Shown: positions 9,601 to 20,450 of the stretch, piece by piece
Layout: each line of letters begins with the position of its first letter
How positions within the stretch are numbered: the first letter of the stretch is position 1
From: Takakia lepidozioides
Taxonomy: Eukaryota > Plantae > Bryophyta
Length of the DNA stretch: 21,175 bases
Reading direction: 5' to 3'
Assembly: GCA_030704615.1 (NCBI GenBank)
Contig: JAKLZA010000332.1
Coordinates: 1 to 21,175 of the forward strand
The notes under the pieces: model-generated
The model's database searches: none
Told to the model about the DNA's origin: nothing
What the model saw: only the letters and a program-made list of their open reading frames with translations
Made by a program: the position numbers and the translations under genes

Positions 9601-12600
9601 ATGGCTCCGAATTCCTACGCTATAGTTTGCTGTCCTCCGCAACTTGGGAGAGCCTGGATCCCAAACGAGGGAGGACTTTGCAGAGTGACTGAAACTTACC
9701 TTTGTTCCAAATTCAAGCTCAAACCGGGCACAGTTTATTTGGAAGAAGAAAGGAAGGATGTTCCTGGACAGGTTGACGAGACCATTGTCGTGCTAGGTAA
9801 CGACGGAGGTTGCGGAATCGAATGGCACGTTCCCCCGTCAGACACCATCCTGTACCGAGCTGTGGGAATGCCCATTCCCTTTCCGAATCAGTCGCTGCCC
9901 ACACCATCCACAAAGGAGTCCGGAAACCGAGAGGCGGCCACTGCCAACAGAGAGGTATGCAACGATAATCATTCCCGACCTGGACCGTCAAGACCCTCCA
10001 TAGCTTCTCGTGTGGACGTATTCGACATTTCCGACGAGGAAGATGATTGCATTGAGGTACCCATGTCCTCCACACGGTCGTTCAAATCCGGCATGGACGT
10101 CTCTGTCGGTGCTACGAATGTGCCCTCGAGCATAACTCCAACCCGGTCCATTGTGCAGCTCCTACGACAACATCACCTCGATGGTTCTCGCTCCGAGCTG
10201 GCTGCTCTCGACTATGCCAAATTCCCAGTCAGAAAGGTAACTTTTCTGCCTCCCGAAGTCGATGGCAATGTCATCTTCGAGTTTCCACCTGTTTCTTCGT
10301 CAAAGAAAGCCTCCGGGATGTTAACAGACATGGATCGAAAGCATGACGGACACCCCTGGTGTGTGACGAAGACCAGTAGCACGAAAATTGCTGATGGTGT
10401 TCGTGTACGATATGTCCTCTGTGCGGGGAAGCTGAGGTGCCTCAATCCCACCTGCTTCCACTTTCTCTCCAAAGGAGGGCGGAGAAACGAGACGGATTGG
10501 ACTGGCACAACGCATCATCCATTCATTGTCTCCAGCCAAGCTCCTGCGGGTTCTTTCAAGTGTGCACATTGCAAAGAACCACCGACGTGCATGTCCATGT
10601 GCAGAGCCAAGCAATATTACGTAATCCATTTGCTCCCGGACTTGACTAGAGCTTGCATACACGTTGGGGTCCACTGCCACCCCTTGGCGAGAGGCAACAT
10701 GCGTGAGGCTGTGCAGGAAGCACACGACATCATAAAAGAGGAGGTGAAATTGAGCCCCGGAGCCAGACCAAAGCAGATTCAGCTGAAGGCAGCCCACAAG
10801 ATTGCTCTTGGCAAAATCATGTCTGAAGATGGTTCCGACCGAGAGCCCTTGACCGAAGACGAGATGCGTGACCTCTTGGAGTCCGTCTCGCACGTTTGTA
10901 GTCCGAATGTGCGGAATCACATCGTATCTTGCAAGCAGGAGTTCGGCAGGGGGTCGGACATGTACTCAATCCTGGAGGTGAAACGAATGACTGGATATGA
11001 CTACATCCAAGGTAGCAGGTTTCCAGGGCAAGGCAGCGAATCCGATCGTTGTTACATTTTCAAAATGTCGACGTGTGGGCCTGGGAGTGGAGTCGACTTG
11101 GTCACTCGCATGACAACTGGAAACTTGTCGAATGCTTGGGTGATGTTTGATCACATCAAGCGAATTACAAACCATCAGTGGGTGACTATGGGTGCGCATG
11201 TTTATGACTATCACTCCAAGAGGCTCATGACGATTGCAATCTGCGAGATGAAAGGGGAGGACACACAGTCCGAAATGCATCTGTGGGAGGGCATAAACCA
11301 GCAGATGGCAAGGGCGGGATTGCCAGAGCCCAATTTCAGGGGATTCATGGCAGACAACGCTCAGGCCAACTGGGCAGCGGTGCGGCGTGTGTACGGTGAG
11401 GACCCCAATGTTCCAATGGAGGGGAAAGAGAGATCCTGTGGATTCCATTGGATGCAGAGTCTATCCCACTACACTACCAAATTTGTTGCTAGCTCATTCC
11501 AGGCTGAACACCGTGTCCTTTGTACGGCGTGGAAGGATGCACCCACATTTGATGACGCGGAGGTTAAGTTTGCTATCATCGAGGCTTGGTGGAACACGTC
11601 AGGTGCAGTGGAGACAACCAATCTGGGAGCATTGCACAGCTGGTTGGGGTGGTGGCATTTTCGGTATCGACAGTTCGGACAGTACATGCGGGAGGTAGGC
11701 TGCTGTCAATTTCGTTCATTTGTCTTTCTGTTACGGACATTTCGATTGGTCCCTCACCATTGTTTGTGTCCTTCTAGGAGCGGTGCTTGGATTCCGACAC
11801 GGACATGCCGAACACGAATATGGCAGAATCGGTCCACTCCTCCTGGCGAGCGTCTTCTGCCGCACATCTGGTGGACGTAGTGACGGCCACAACGGAGGAC
11901 ATCGACAGAGCAATCATGCAGCAAGCCACGTACTACAAGTTCCTGAGCGGCAAACAATGGGGCTTTGGGCCGGACAGGGAGGAATTGTTGGTACGAACAG
12001 CTTCGAGGTCCAAGAATCCAGTGAAATGGGCGACAACATTGCGAGAGAAGATCAAGGGACGCCTCTGCACCGCAGAGGTGAACACCTAGAGGGGGACGTC
12101 CGGACTCGCCCTGTCAGGCGGAGGATTGAAGAGGAACCCGGGTGCGAAGAGGATTCCTGGAGATCCGACAGGAACATTCGGACAGCACCTCGAGGTCCCG
12201 TCATGTTGCCGCACAATGTGTCTTCCAGCAGTGGAAGCCCAAGAAATTCCAGATCGCCGTCGCCTTCAACCGGGGATTTCGTGCAAAAAATTCCCACCGC
12301 TCCCTTGCCCCACATTCCGCCCGCTGTTATGCAGTATGGCCAAGCCATTGTGGAGACGACTGTGTCTGCATCACAGTGGAGAATTGCTCGCACAAAGCCG
12401 TCGTTTCGAGGAAGGTGTTCCGCAATTCGTGTGGATACACGGCAACGTTGTTTAGAGATGATAAGGAGGAATCCAGATGGGGCTGTCCCTGCTCCTACTT
12501 TTACAGGAAGATTTGTCCATGCAAAGTTTGCGGAGGCGACAACCACCCAGTTCTGGTTCTGCAGGCACGACATTATGACTTGCGTGTATGGAAAGCCCAA

Positions 12601-13207
12601 GTACGGCATACAAACAATGCCAGAGGCTCCCCCGGTGTGGCCGGTGGAACCAGGCTGCGATCTGAGTCAGGTTGAGGCCGACGCCCTTACCGCCGCAGGA
12701 TTTCGGATGGTGCAGCGCACTGACGTCCCCAGAGAACCATTTCCGCTTCCACAGCTTCCACCACCGACCCCTGTGAGAGCAAGAACAATGGGACACGACA
12801 GCTCTAAGCATCCTACACACCGTTGGGGGAAACCGAAGAGGCGGCGACCTCCCTCAAAAGTGAACGAGACAAGGATGGGGAATGCACTTCGGATGAACTG
12901 TACAATCCAGAGCTCGACAGAAGTGCCCCCACCAGGATTCGGGCGTGTGTATCAGATGGCCACGGCGGGCTCAGCTGTTTGCAATGAGGTGTACACCATC
13001 ACCATTTCAGAATTACCCACCTGCAATTGCACCGACTTCCAGATCATGGCGAACAAGGGGGCATCATACTGCCCTTGCAAGCATTTGTACTACGTGTACC
13101 TAAAGAGACTCCGTTGTAATTCCACAACTCATCACTTCATACATGCACCAGGGTTGAGCCCCCAGGAGGTTCACACTCTTCTGAATATGGATCCAGGGGA
13201 CCAGTGA
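9601..13207 (+). CDS. MULE/Mutator-type DDE transposase with N-terminal GCM/WRKY-like Zn domain and C-terminal SWIM zinc finger (~1170 aa after splicing and one frameshift correction)
   Basis: ATG 9601 (MAPNSY). Cys/His domain HPWCVTKT…CAGKLRCLNPTC…CAHC…CMSMC…HVGVHCHP (~10357-10683). Catalytic-like WVMFD (D 11149), FMADNAQA (D 11353) and SCGFHW (CxxH, 11437-11448). Intron 11695-11777 (GTAGGC…TTCTAG) brings PNTNMAESVHSSW (E 11826) into frame. A one-base frameshift near 12055-12085 joins the frame ending in SWIM CNCTDF…CPCKHLYYV (13022-13084) and TGA at 13207. Confidence 0.8.
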
Positions 13208-13457
13208 GCTTGGCTTGCGGTCCCAATACAATGGTACGCCCATCCTTTTCGGATAGTAGAACTGTACTGCTGCAGTACCTCAGACTCTGGCCACAGAAAG
13301 GTCCGACATATGTCTTGCCTACCAGTAACCTGTTTTGCTCGAACTAAGATATTACTATATCGTTCACTTGTTTCCACGTGCATGTATTTTTGTATGTTGG
13401 AGGGTTCATGTTTTTCTGCTTTCCGAAAACTTGCTTTCCTCATTCGACCTCCGACAA

Positions 13458-13479
13458 GGAAATGCGGCGCCGCATTTCC
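13458..13479. repeat. Perfect copy of the 22-bp palindrome downstream of the transposase
   Basis: GGAAATGCGGCGCCGCATTTCC; partial copies near 13557, 13850 and 13927. Confidence 0.9.
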
Positions 13480-13797
13480 AAGTATCGTCGTAGGTACTGG
13501 CAGAGGCGGCCTTCGCCAACACCAAACCGCTCCGAAATTTCGCACGTGCGAACCCTAATGCGGCACCTTATTTCCCAGTTCAGTTGCAAACCTTTCCCGC
13601 CGAATACCCGAAGAAGACATAATTGTGAAGTACTGCAAACTGTATTGGTGCAGACTCCATTGGTTCAATCGCGGCAAAAGGGTCAGCTTCATTCCAATGT
13701 TAAGGCATGTAAAACCGCGGAATACTCTATACAGGCCAGTATGCGACGTCCTTTTGCAGTGGTATACTGGATTTCCCGTTGCACGGTCACTTATTTC

Positions 13798-14034
13798 CAT
13801 GAGCGGATCTAAAAAACCATGAGCGGACTTGTTACTGACGACATATCTTCGCCGCATTACATGATCTGGAACGTCCAAAAACGGCAAGGTCAAATAAAAA
13901 ACTATTATTTTAATACTTGTTTAATCTGCCGCATTTCCAAATTTGGAGGAGTCCGCTCATGAAATCCGCGTATCTTAGACTTCGGCTCACCGCTCATGCG
14001 GCTCATGGCTCATGGCTCATGGTTTCTGCTCATG
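13798..14034. repeat. Putative subterminal repeats (CATGAGCGGA / GCTCATG) of the DNA transposon
   Basis: CATGAGCGGA at 13798 and 13818. CATGAGCGGACT (13818-13829) and AGTCCGCTCATG (13950-13961) form a perfect 12-bp inverted pair. GCTCATG repeats at 13992, 14001, 14008, 14015 and 14028. Confidence 0.65.
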
Positions 14035-14123
14035 AAATAGTAAACCTCGGATTCTACTCCCTTGAATAATATAATCTAAGGATAGAACTACATGGAAGAG
14101 GGGAAACCTTATGAGAAGGGGTC

Positions 14124-14536
14124 TGGTATGCACGCCCTTACGGGGTGAGTGCATACCACACTCACTCCGTAAGGTTCTGCCATGCCAGGGGATTGGCTGG
14201 TGGGTCCCTCTCTCTCCCTCTCTCCCTCTCCCTCTATAACTCTTTGGATTTCATCTGGCCTTAACCTTTTTGAGGCCGGTTATTTGGTTTTTCATCCCAA
14301 TCTTTTTTCATCCAAATTTGGCTGATATTATTGTAGGATGATGAAACTTAATGTACAGAAAGCTTGGTTTACCATTTGTTTCTTTCATCTAAACTGGATG
14401 AACTACATGAATAATGGTGACCTATTTTAATCCAAGAGATAATAATTTTACCATCATTTATTATAAATGATGGCAGTTATTAAACTTGAGCCTATACCCT
14501 AACCCTAAAAGATACCTTTTTATTGGATGTCATCCA
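14124..14536. repeat. Overlapping inverted repeats followed by a CT microsatellite and an AT-rich tract with TTCATCC/GGATGAA motifs; probably the end of a different non-autonomous element
   Basis: TGGTATGCAC (14124-14133) / GTGCATACCA (14149-14158); CCTTACGGGGTGAGTG (14136-14151) / CACTCACTCCGTAAGG (14159-14174); CT-rich run ~14206-14235; several TTTCATC(C) and GGATGA copies at 14249-14536. Confidence 0.45.
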
Positions 14537-15922
14537 TTGACAAAGTGCATCTCGTGCTAAAATGCGACTTTTCGTCCACCCTACATGAGAAATCGAGGAG
14601 CTGTGCCCTAAGCGGGCCGACACATTTCACAGCACAGAACTCGTGCTTCAGGGATCCTTGATGATGCGCCGTGTAAATCTGCTCCCCTGCTGCTACATGG
14701 TGCTCGTGATGGCTGGCTCTTGGGATGCGCATTGGTGGTTAGGCAGATTCCTCTCTGGCAGGCGACAAAGCGATGATCGCTTTGCTCAGACCCTCATGGT
14801 TCTTTTTAAGTTGCAGCGGCGCTTTTACTCCTCGTTGGGAAGTACTCTATCCCTATTTATCTACATATTACATGCGGCTCTCTTTTTGTATAAGCTATTC
14901 TCTATCTGTGAACACTTCTACTTTGATTGCGTTCTGTTGGAGACGATCTGTTGGACGCCATGGCGCAGGGCATACCACAAAACACTCCCTGCCACTCACC
15001 TGATGCATCCTCACTAACACACATCTTTATGTGGTGGTTTTTGGGACGGGCACAGGTGAGGGTCTTCACTTGTGTTGATTTCCTGAAGCTTGCAGTTCCT
15101 ATTCTTGCAAATGTGGGTGCTGCTGAGCCTCTTGCCGCTTCAAAACTGCCAGCATACGGATGCAGACCTGCTTCAACTTGGCTCCAACGAGGATCTACTT
15201 CTGCTCCTTACCTTGTTTGTGGTTTCTTGCAACCATATCTACATGGCAGGAGGTAGGGCAGACACGAGAACTCATGGAATACAAATCTACTGATTTATCT
15301 ACTGTTTTTTTCATGTTTCAATGCGGGTATAATGTAGCGGTCGGTACCTTGGCTGCACTGAAATTCGGCTCTACAATGAAACCTCTTGGCTGGTTATTAA
15401 GACGACTGTTGTGCCTTACTAGACAACACACATTCTGCAAGACCTTCATTTCACTTTGATTTCATATGATGGACTGCAAACAGGGGTTTTTGAATTACCT
15501 TTCTACCCTGGCAGAGCTGTTCTTAAGACCCTGGAATACCACTCCAGACTTGTATCTGCTTAAAAAGACTTGGCCCTGTCGTGCGCATACATATCGCTAC
15601 ACAACTACATCGTTGTCCAAACCACACCACACATATATGCACAATAAAGTAGTCTGCCACAATCGCCCCCCTAGCTGGTGGATAGGTCTCTCTAACTCCA
15701 GATAGCTACAAGATGTAGTAGCCACAGCCGTACTTAGTCCTCTATCACTGTCGCTATCGTGCTCAAACTCTATCAACCAAGAGGCCGGGTACAAGAGTAG
15801 CCCCATCGTTAGTCGCCGTCTTGCAATCTGTGAACTTGAGCCAAGATCTCGTGTGTTCAAGGTCTCCTAGTAGCATGGCCTTGCATTTCTTGTTAGCCTT
15901 CCATGGTTGTATCCACTCCCAT

Positions 15923-16652
15923 TGTCGCGGCCCTTTGCCTTGAGGGCAGGGGGTCGGGACACATGAGGGGCTGCCCCTGTGGTGGGGGCAGTGGCAGCGA
16001 TGGGTATGGGGGGCTGAAGCACCCTTGAGTGCCCAAGGCACTCAAGGAGGCGGAGGCGCTCACTAGGTGGAGCCCCGCACACCGGGTTGCGGTGGGGGTG
16101 GCTCCACAAGGGGTGGTGGTAGCTTAGCGGGACTTAGTGGGGGTGGCATAGGACTCACCATGGGGGCGGAGACCTTGTGGTGGGAGTCGTGGGGAGTCTT
16201 GGGACTCATCACGGTCCATAGGGGCCGTGGTGAGCGGGCCAAGACTCACCGCGACTCATCACCGGGAGTCGAGGGTTTTCGTGGTGGTTCGCCATAAAAT
16301 GGCATGGCTGGTTGTGGAACCCCCGCGGACAGCTACAGAAGTATATATAAGGGGAGTAGTGAACCCCGAGAACGGTGCAAGCCCGTTGGTGACCAAAAAC
16401 TGGTGAGTAAGCGAGCGAGCCGGAAAGCGACCAAAGAGTGGGGAGTTGTTCCGGACTGCCATCTACCAAAGGGAATTCTCCTAATCCCAATTAGGTGGAG
16501 GGTTTAGAAGGAAGCAAAGGGGGGACCGTTATGTCCCGGTGAGCAGCCGAAGCTCCAAGTTGGCCCGGGCGGCCAGGTTGGGAGTCAGGCGCGCGCATCA
16601 AAGCGAGTAACTATGACTTGAAGGGGAGCTTACCGAAGTGAGGTGCGTGACA
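15923..16652 (+). repeat. 5' LTR (730 bp)
   Basis: Begins TGTCGCGG and ends GCGTGACA (imperfect terminal inverted repeat, TG…CA). Abrupt switch to G-rich sequence at 15923, TATATATAA at 16342-16350, PBS 2 nt downstream. The start is less certain than the end because the 3' LTR is absent. Confidence 0.75.
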
Positions 16653-16654
16653 CT

Positions 16655-16666
16655 TGGTATCAGAGC
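16655..16666 (+). promoter_or_regulatory. Primer-binding site complementary to the 3' end of initiator tRNA-Met
   Basis: TGGTATCAGAGC directly after …GTGACA-CT. Confidence 0.95.
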
Positions 16667-16707
16667 TTAGAGTTCAGTACGCGATCGTCCTTGGGATTGG
16701 CCTCATC

Positions 16708-19700
16708 ATGGGGTCGGGCAAGCCGAAGCGAAAGCGGAACGGCCCAAAAGATGATGATCCCAGTGAGCCCGATGGGGCAGCGTGTCACCGAGGCGGCCGT
16801 TTGAGGAAGCGATGCATGTTTCCGAAAACGAGGCCGCCCAAGAGCGAGAGGAATCCGAGGAGTCGGAGCCCGAGGAATCCTTGAGAGCTCCGACAAACCA
16901 AGAGATGCCTCCCATGCCGGCAGCCTTTTGGGAAGGGTTGTTGGCGCAGTTTGGCGGGACGTTGAAAGACGTGTTGAAGGCGGCTAATGCAACTTCCGCT
17001 AAGGCAAAGTTTAAGGTGAAGCCTAAGGAACCCGACACCTTCAAGGGCGTCCGAAATCGGAAGGCACTCAACACCTGGCTCTTGGAGCTAGAGTAGTACT
17101 TCCGGGCGGCCAAGTTGAGTGACGAGGATCGGGTGGAAGTGGCTCCCACCTATTTGAGGGGCTATGCTCAACAATGGTGGCAGAAACGCCTTCACGACCG
17201 AGGTCCAAGCCCAGAAACCTTGAACTGGAGTGGGTTCAAGGAATTGATGAAGAGACAGTTTGTGCCCCTCAACGCGTCCTGGCTTGCCCGGGACAAGATG
17301 AGGAATTTGAAGCAAACAGATGACATTCGGGGGTATGTCCAGGCTTTCAACGTGCTGTTGCTCGAAGTCGCGGACATGGCAGAACCAAAAATGGTCTTCA
17401 ACTTTGTGGCGGGACTGGCCCCATGGGCCAGGCGGAAGTTGGAGGAGAAGCCACCCAAGACTTTGAACGAGGCTATTGAGAGGGCTGAATGTTTCTCAGA
17501 TGTCCCTAGGGGTGAAAGACAAGGCCGTACGGAGCTGAACCACAAGAAGATTCGGCGGGAAGGTGACTCATTCCGACCGGAAAAGAAGTGGGATAGGCCA
17601 CGCGGCGAAAATGGCACGTGGAATCGAAGGGAGGGCCTTCACACGTCAAGGCGGCACCCGGTGCTTCGAAAGGAAAAGCGGGTGGAGCGGCTTATGGCGG
17701 ACAGAAGGCGACCTTTGATGGAGTGTGTTTCAATTGCGGGGAGCCCGGGCACATGGCCAAGAAGTGCACGAAGCCCCGGCAATTGAACATGACTCAGGCG
17801 ACCACGGAGCTGTCGGAAGATACCATCAGTTGCTTGGTGGAAGCGGTGGTCGCCAGGACTTGCAAGGTAGGCAAATTTTCTTGTGAGTTGTATCAGGAAA
17901 CTGGCGCCTTACGAAAAGGGAGTCAGTTATTGTTCGTGGATGGGATAATATCCGGAACTAATGTGTTGTTGTTGGTGGACACAGGAGCGTCGCACTCCTT
18001 CATGACACCGGCAACGGCACAAAAGCTGGGACTCCCGACAAGTGACGTGGGGGCCTCTATTGAGGTGCGTTCTGCCAAAAGAGAACCACAGTTGGCGATT
18101 GAGGTTCCTCTTCAACTGGGGAGTTGGGAGGGACGTGAGAACTTCACCATTTGCGAGATCGATGGAGTGGATCTCATTTTGGGGATGACCTTTTTGAGCA
18201 AATCCGGAGCGGTCATAGATGGCCGCAAGAGAGTAGTCATGCTGCCATGTGGGAATGGTGGCGAGGTTTTACGAGTGTCTGAAACGCCCAAATCCGTGGG
18301 AGGGCGAATAAACCTTCTGTCAGCAAAGGAGTGGGCCGTGGAGGAGGCACACGAGCCCCAGTTTTTGCTTTACATTAGAGAAGTGAAAGGAGAAGGCGAT
18401 GGGGAGCCGAGCCCAGATTGGATCAAGGGGATTTTGGAGAAATACCAGGATGTGATGCCGGAGGATTTACCGAGCGGCTTGCCACCGCGAAGAGGAGTTG
18501 ACCACAAGATTGAGGTGATACCGGGATCGGAACCGCCTGCCAAGGCGCCCTACCGGTTGAGCCACAGAGAGTTGGTCGAGCTGAAGACTCAGCTCAAGGA
18601 TCTAATGTCAAAGGGGTACATCGGCAGAGTAAGTCACCTTACGGAGCCCCGGTGCTATTTGCAGACAAGAAGGATGGGACGCTGCGGATGTGTGTCGATT
18701 ACAGGGCTCTGAATAAGGTGACTGTAAAAAACCGGTACCCTTTGCCAAGGATCGACGACCTCTTCGATCGATTGGCAGGAGCGAAGTATTTCAGCCGGGT
18801 CGACTTGCGCTCCGGCTATCACCAAATTCGGGTGGCGGAAGGAGATGAGGAGAAGACCGCGTGCAGGACAAGGTATGGTTCATATGAGTTCTTGGTGATG
18901 CCTTTTGGGCTCACCAATGCACCAGCGACATTTAGCACGCTGATGAACAGCCTTTTCCAGGAGTGGTTGGATGACTTTGTGATCGTGTACATCGACGACA
19001 TCTTGGTGTACTCGAAAACAAAGGAGGAGCACCTGGAGCACCTCAAAAGGGTGTTCCAAAAATTGCGGGAAGGGAAGCTATATGCCAAAGCTTCAAAGTG
19101 CGAATTCGGGGTCACAAAAGTGGAGTTCCTGGGGCATGTGATTACACAGGAAGGGGTCAAAATGGATGACAGAAAGGTGAGGGCGATCTTGGATTGGGAG
19201 CCCCCGACTTCGGTCCCGGGAGTGCGATCCTTCCTAGGACTCGCCTCCTATTACCGGAAGTATGTGAGAAATTTCGCCAAGATCGCGGGGGCCGCTGTCG
19301 GACCTTCTATGTAAATCCAAAGTCTGGGTATGGAACACCTTTTGTGGCCAAGCTTTTGCTGAATTGAAGCAGCGGATGGCGGAAGCTCCAGTCTTGAAAA
19401 TCCCGGAGTTCGATCGTCCATTTGAGATTCATACAGATGCGTCGGACTTCACGATTGGGGGTGTACTTATGCAAGATGGACGTCCAGTGGCTTACGAAAG
19501 TAAGAAACTGAATGAAGTGGAGCGACGGTGGCCGACGCACGAAAAAGAGATGAAGGCGGTGGTGCATTGCCTTGAGCTTTGGCGCCACTATGTTGGTTCC
19601 AACCCAGTGAAGGTGTTCACGGACAATGTCACAGTGAAGTATTTTGCCACGCAGCCCAAGTTGTCCCAAAACAACTTAGGTGGCAAGATACTTTGGCGGT

Positions 19701-20450
19701 GTTCGACGTGGATATCCAGTACAAACCGGGACGGGACAATGTGGTGGCCGATGCTTTAAGTAGAAAGCAGCAGCTCTTGTTGGTGTACAAGGGCGAGACG
19801 GCGCTCCAAAGGAAGATCCGGAAGGCTTGCCGGAAGGATGAGCTGGCAAAGTCCGTGATGCAGGACTTGAGAATGGGGGTTAAATCGCAGTTCCACTTGC
19901 AAAATGGGTTGCTCCGGTATAATCAAAAGCGTCTCTACGTGCCGAAGGGAGGGATCAGAGATAGCCTCTTGAGAGAATGCCATGATAGCCCGCTTGCGGG
20001 CCACGGCGGAGCCAAGCGCACTGCGGCACTCTTGAAGAAAGAGTATTTCTGGCCCAAACTGAGGGAGGAGGCAGAGGAGTATGTCAAGACATGCACCACA
20101 TGCCAACAAAACCGGAGCGAGTACAAAAAGCAAGCGGGGCTGTTACAACCCTTGCCGATTCCAGAGGGGACTTGGGAAAGCGTCTCGATGGATTTCATGA
20201 CTGCTATGCCGCTGTCAAAAGGATTCGATACAATCATGGTGGTGGTAGATAGGTTCAGTAAAATGGGCCATTTCATCCCCACCAAGGAGACGGCAACGGC
20301 GCAGGAGACAGGGCAACTTTACTTCGCCCACGTCTTAAAGCATCATGGAGTCCCGAAGGATATTGTCTCGGACCGCGATCCAAAGTTTACGAGTAAATTC
20401 TGGAGAGCACTTGGAAGAAGATGGGGACGAGGCTGAAGATGAGCACCGCC
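16708..20450 (+). pseudogene. gag-pol polyprotein, disrupted by one stop, several frameshifts and a nested insertion
   Basis: Gag (PKEPDTFKG…WL…YLRGYAQQWW), zinc knuckle CFNCGEPGHMAKKC, protease LLVDTGASHSF, RT ([11 protein letters not shown]…YIDDILVY), RNase H (EIHTDASDF…HEKE…FTDN), integrase Zn finger (HDSPLAGH…CTTC) and core (SMDF…SDRDPKF). In-frame TAG at 17094-17096; frameshifts near 16790, 17635, 18622, 19290, 19668 and 20415. Confidence 0.93.

Larger units (their letters stand above)
1..14061. mobile_element. Large Mutator-like (MULE) DNA transposon with cargo genes and internal palindrome arrays; left end probably outside window, right end tentatively ~14.03-14.06 kb
   Basis: Contains a MULE-type transposase gene (9601-13207). 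The same palindrome family occurs from 38-59 through 13458-13479, with partial copies near 13557 and 13927, and I saw none further right. A clustered GCTCATG motif at 13798-14034 looks subterminal, and the sequence turns AT-rich after ~14061. No TIR pair or TSD can be confirmed because the left end is not visible. Confidence 0.6.
15923..20450 (+). mobile_element. Ty3/Gypsy LTR retrotransposon (probably chromovirus-type), interrupted in integrase; 3' part outside window
   Basis: LTR, PBS and gag-PR-RT-RH-IN domain order diagnostic of Gypsy. The lineage is inferred from the iMet PBS and compact single-ORF layout; the chromodomain region is not visible. Confidence 0.92.

Noticed and set aside
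11695-11880. C-terminus of the 831-aa ORF as listed (VGCCQFRSF…HIWWT)
   Set aside because: Read-through of a GT-AG intron (11695-11777); splicing restores the catalytic NMAES motif in another frame.
14493-14510. Telomere-like ACCCTAAACCCTAAAA
   Set aside because: Only about two units; such short telo-box-like motifs are common in plant DNA.
15940-16230. G-run-rich LTR segment with G-quadruplex potential
   Set aside because: Common in plant LTRs and not testable from sequence alone; not treated as a novel feature.
17094-17096. Programmed stop read-through or ribosomal frameshift in gag-pol
   Set aside because: The TAG lies inside the capsid region (likely CAG->TAG) and the frameshifts fall within conserved domains, consistent with mutation or sequence error rather than recoding.
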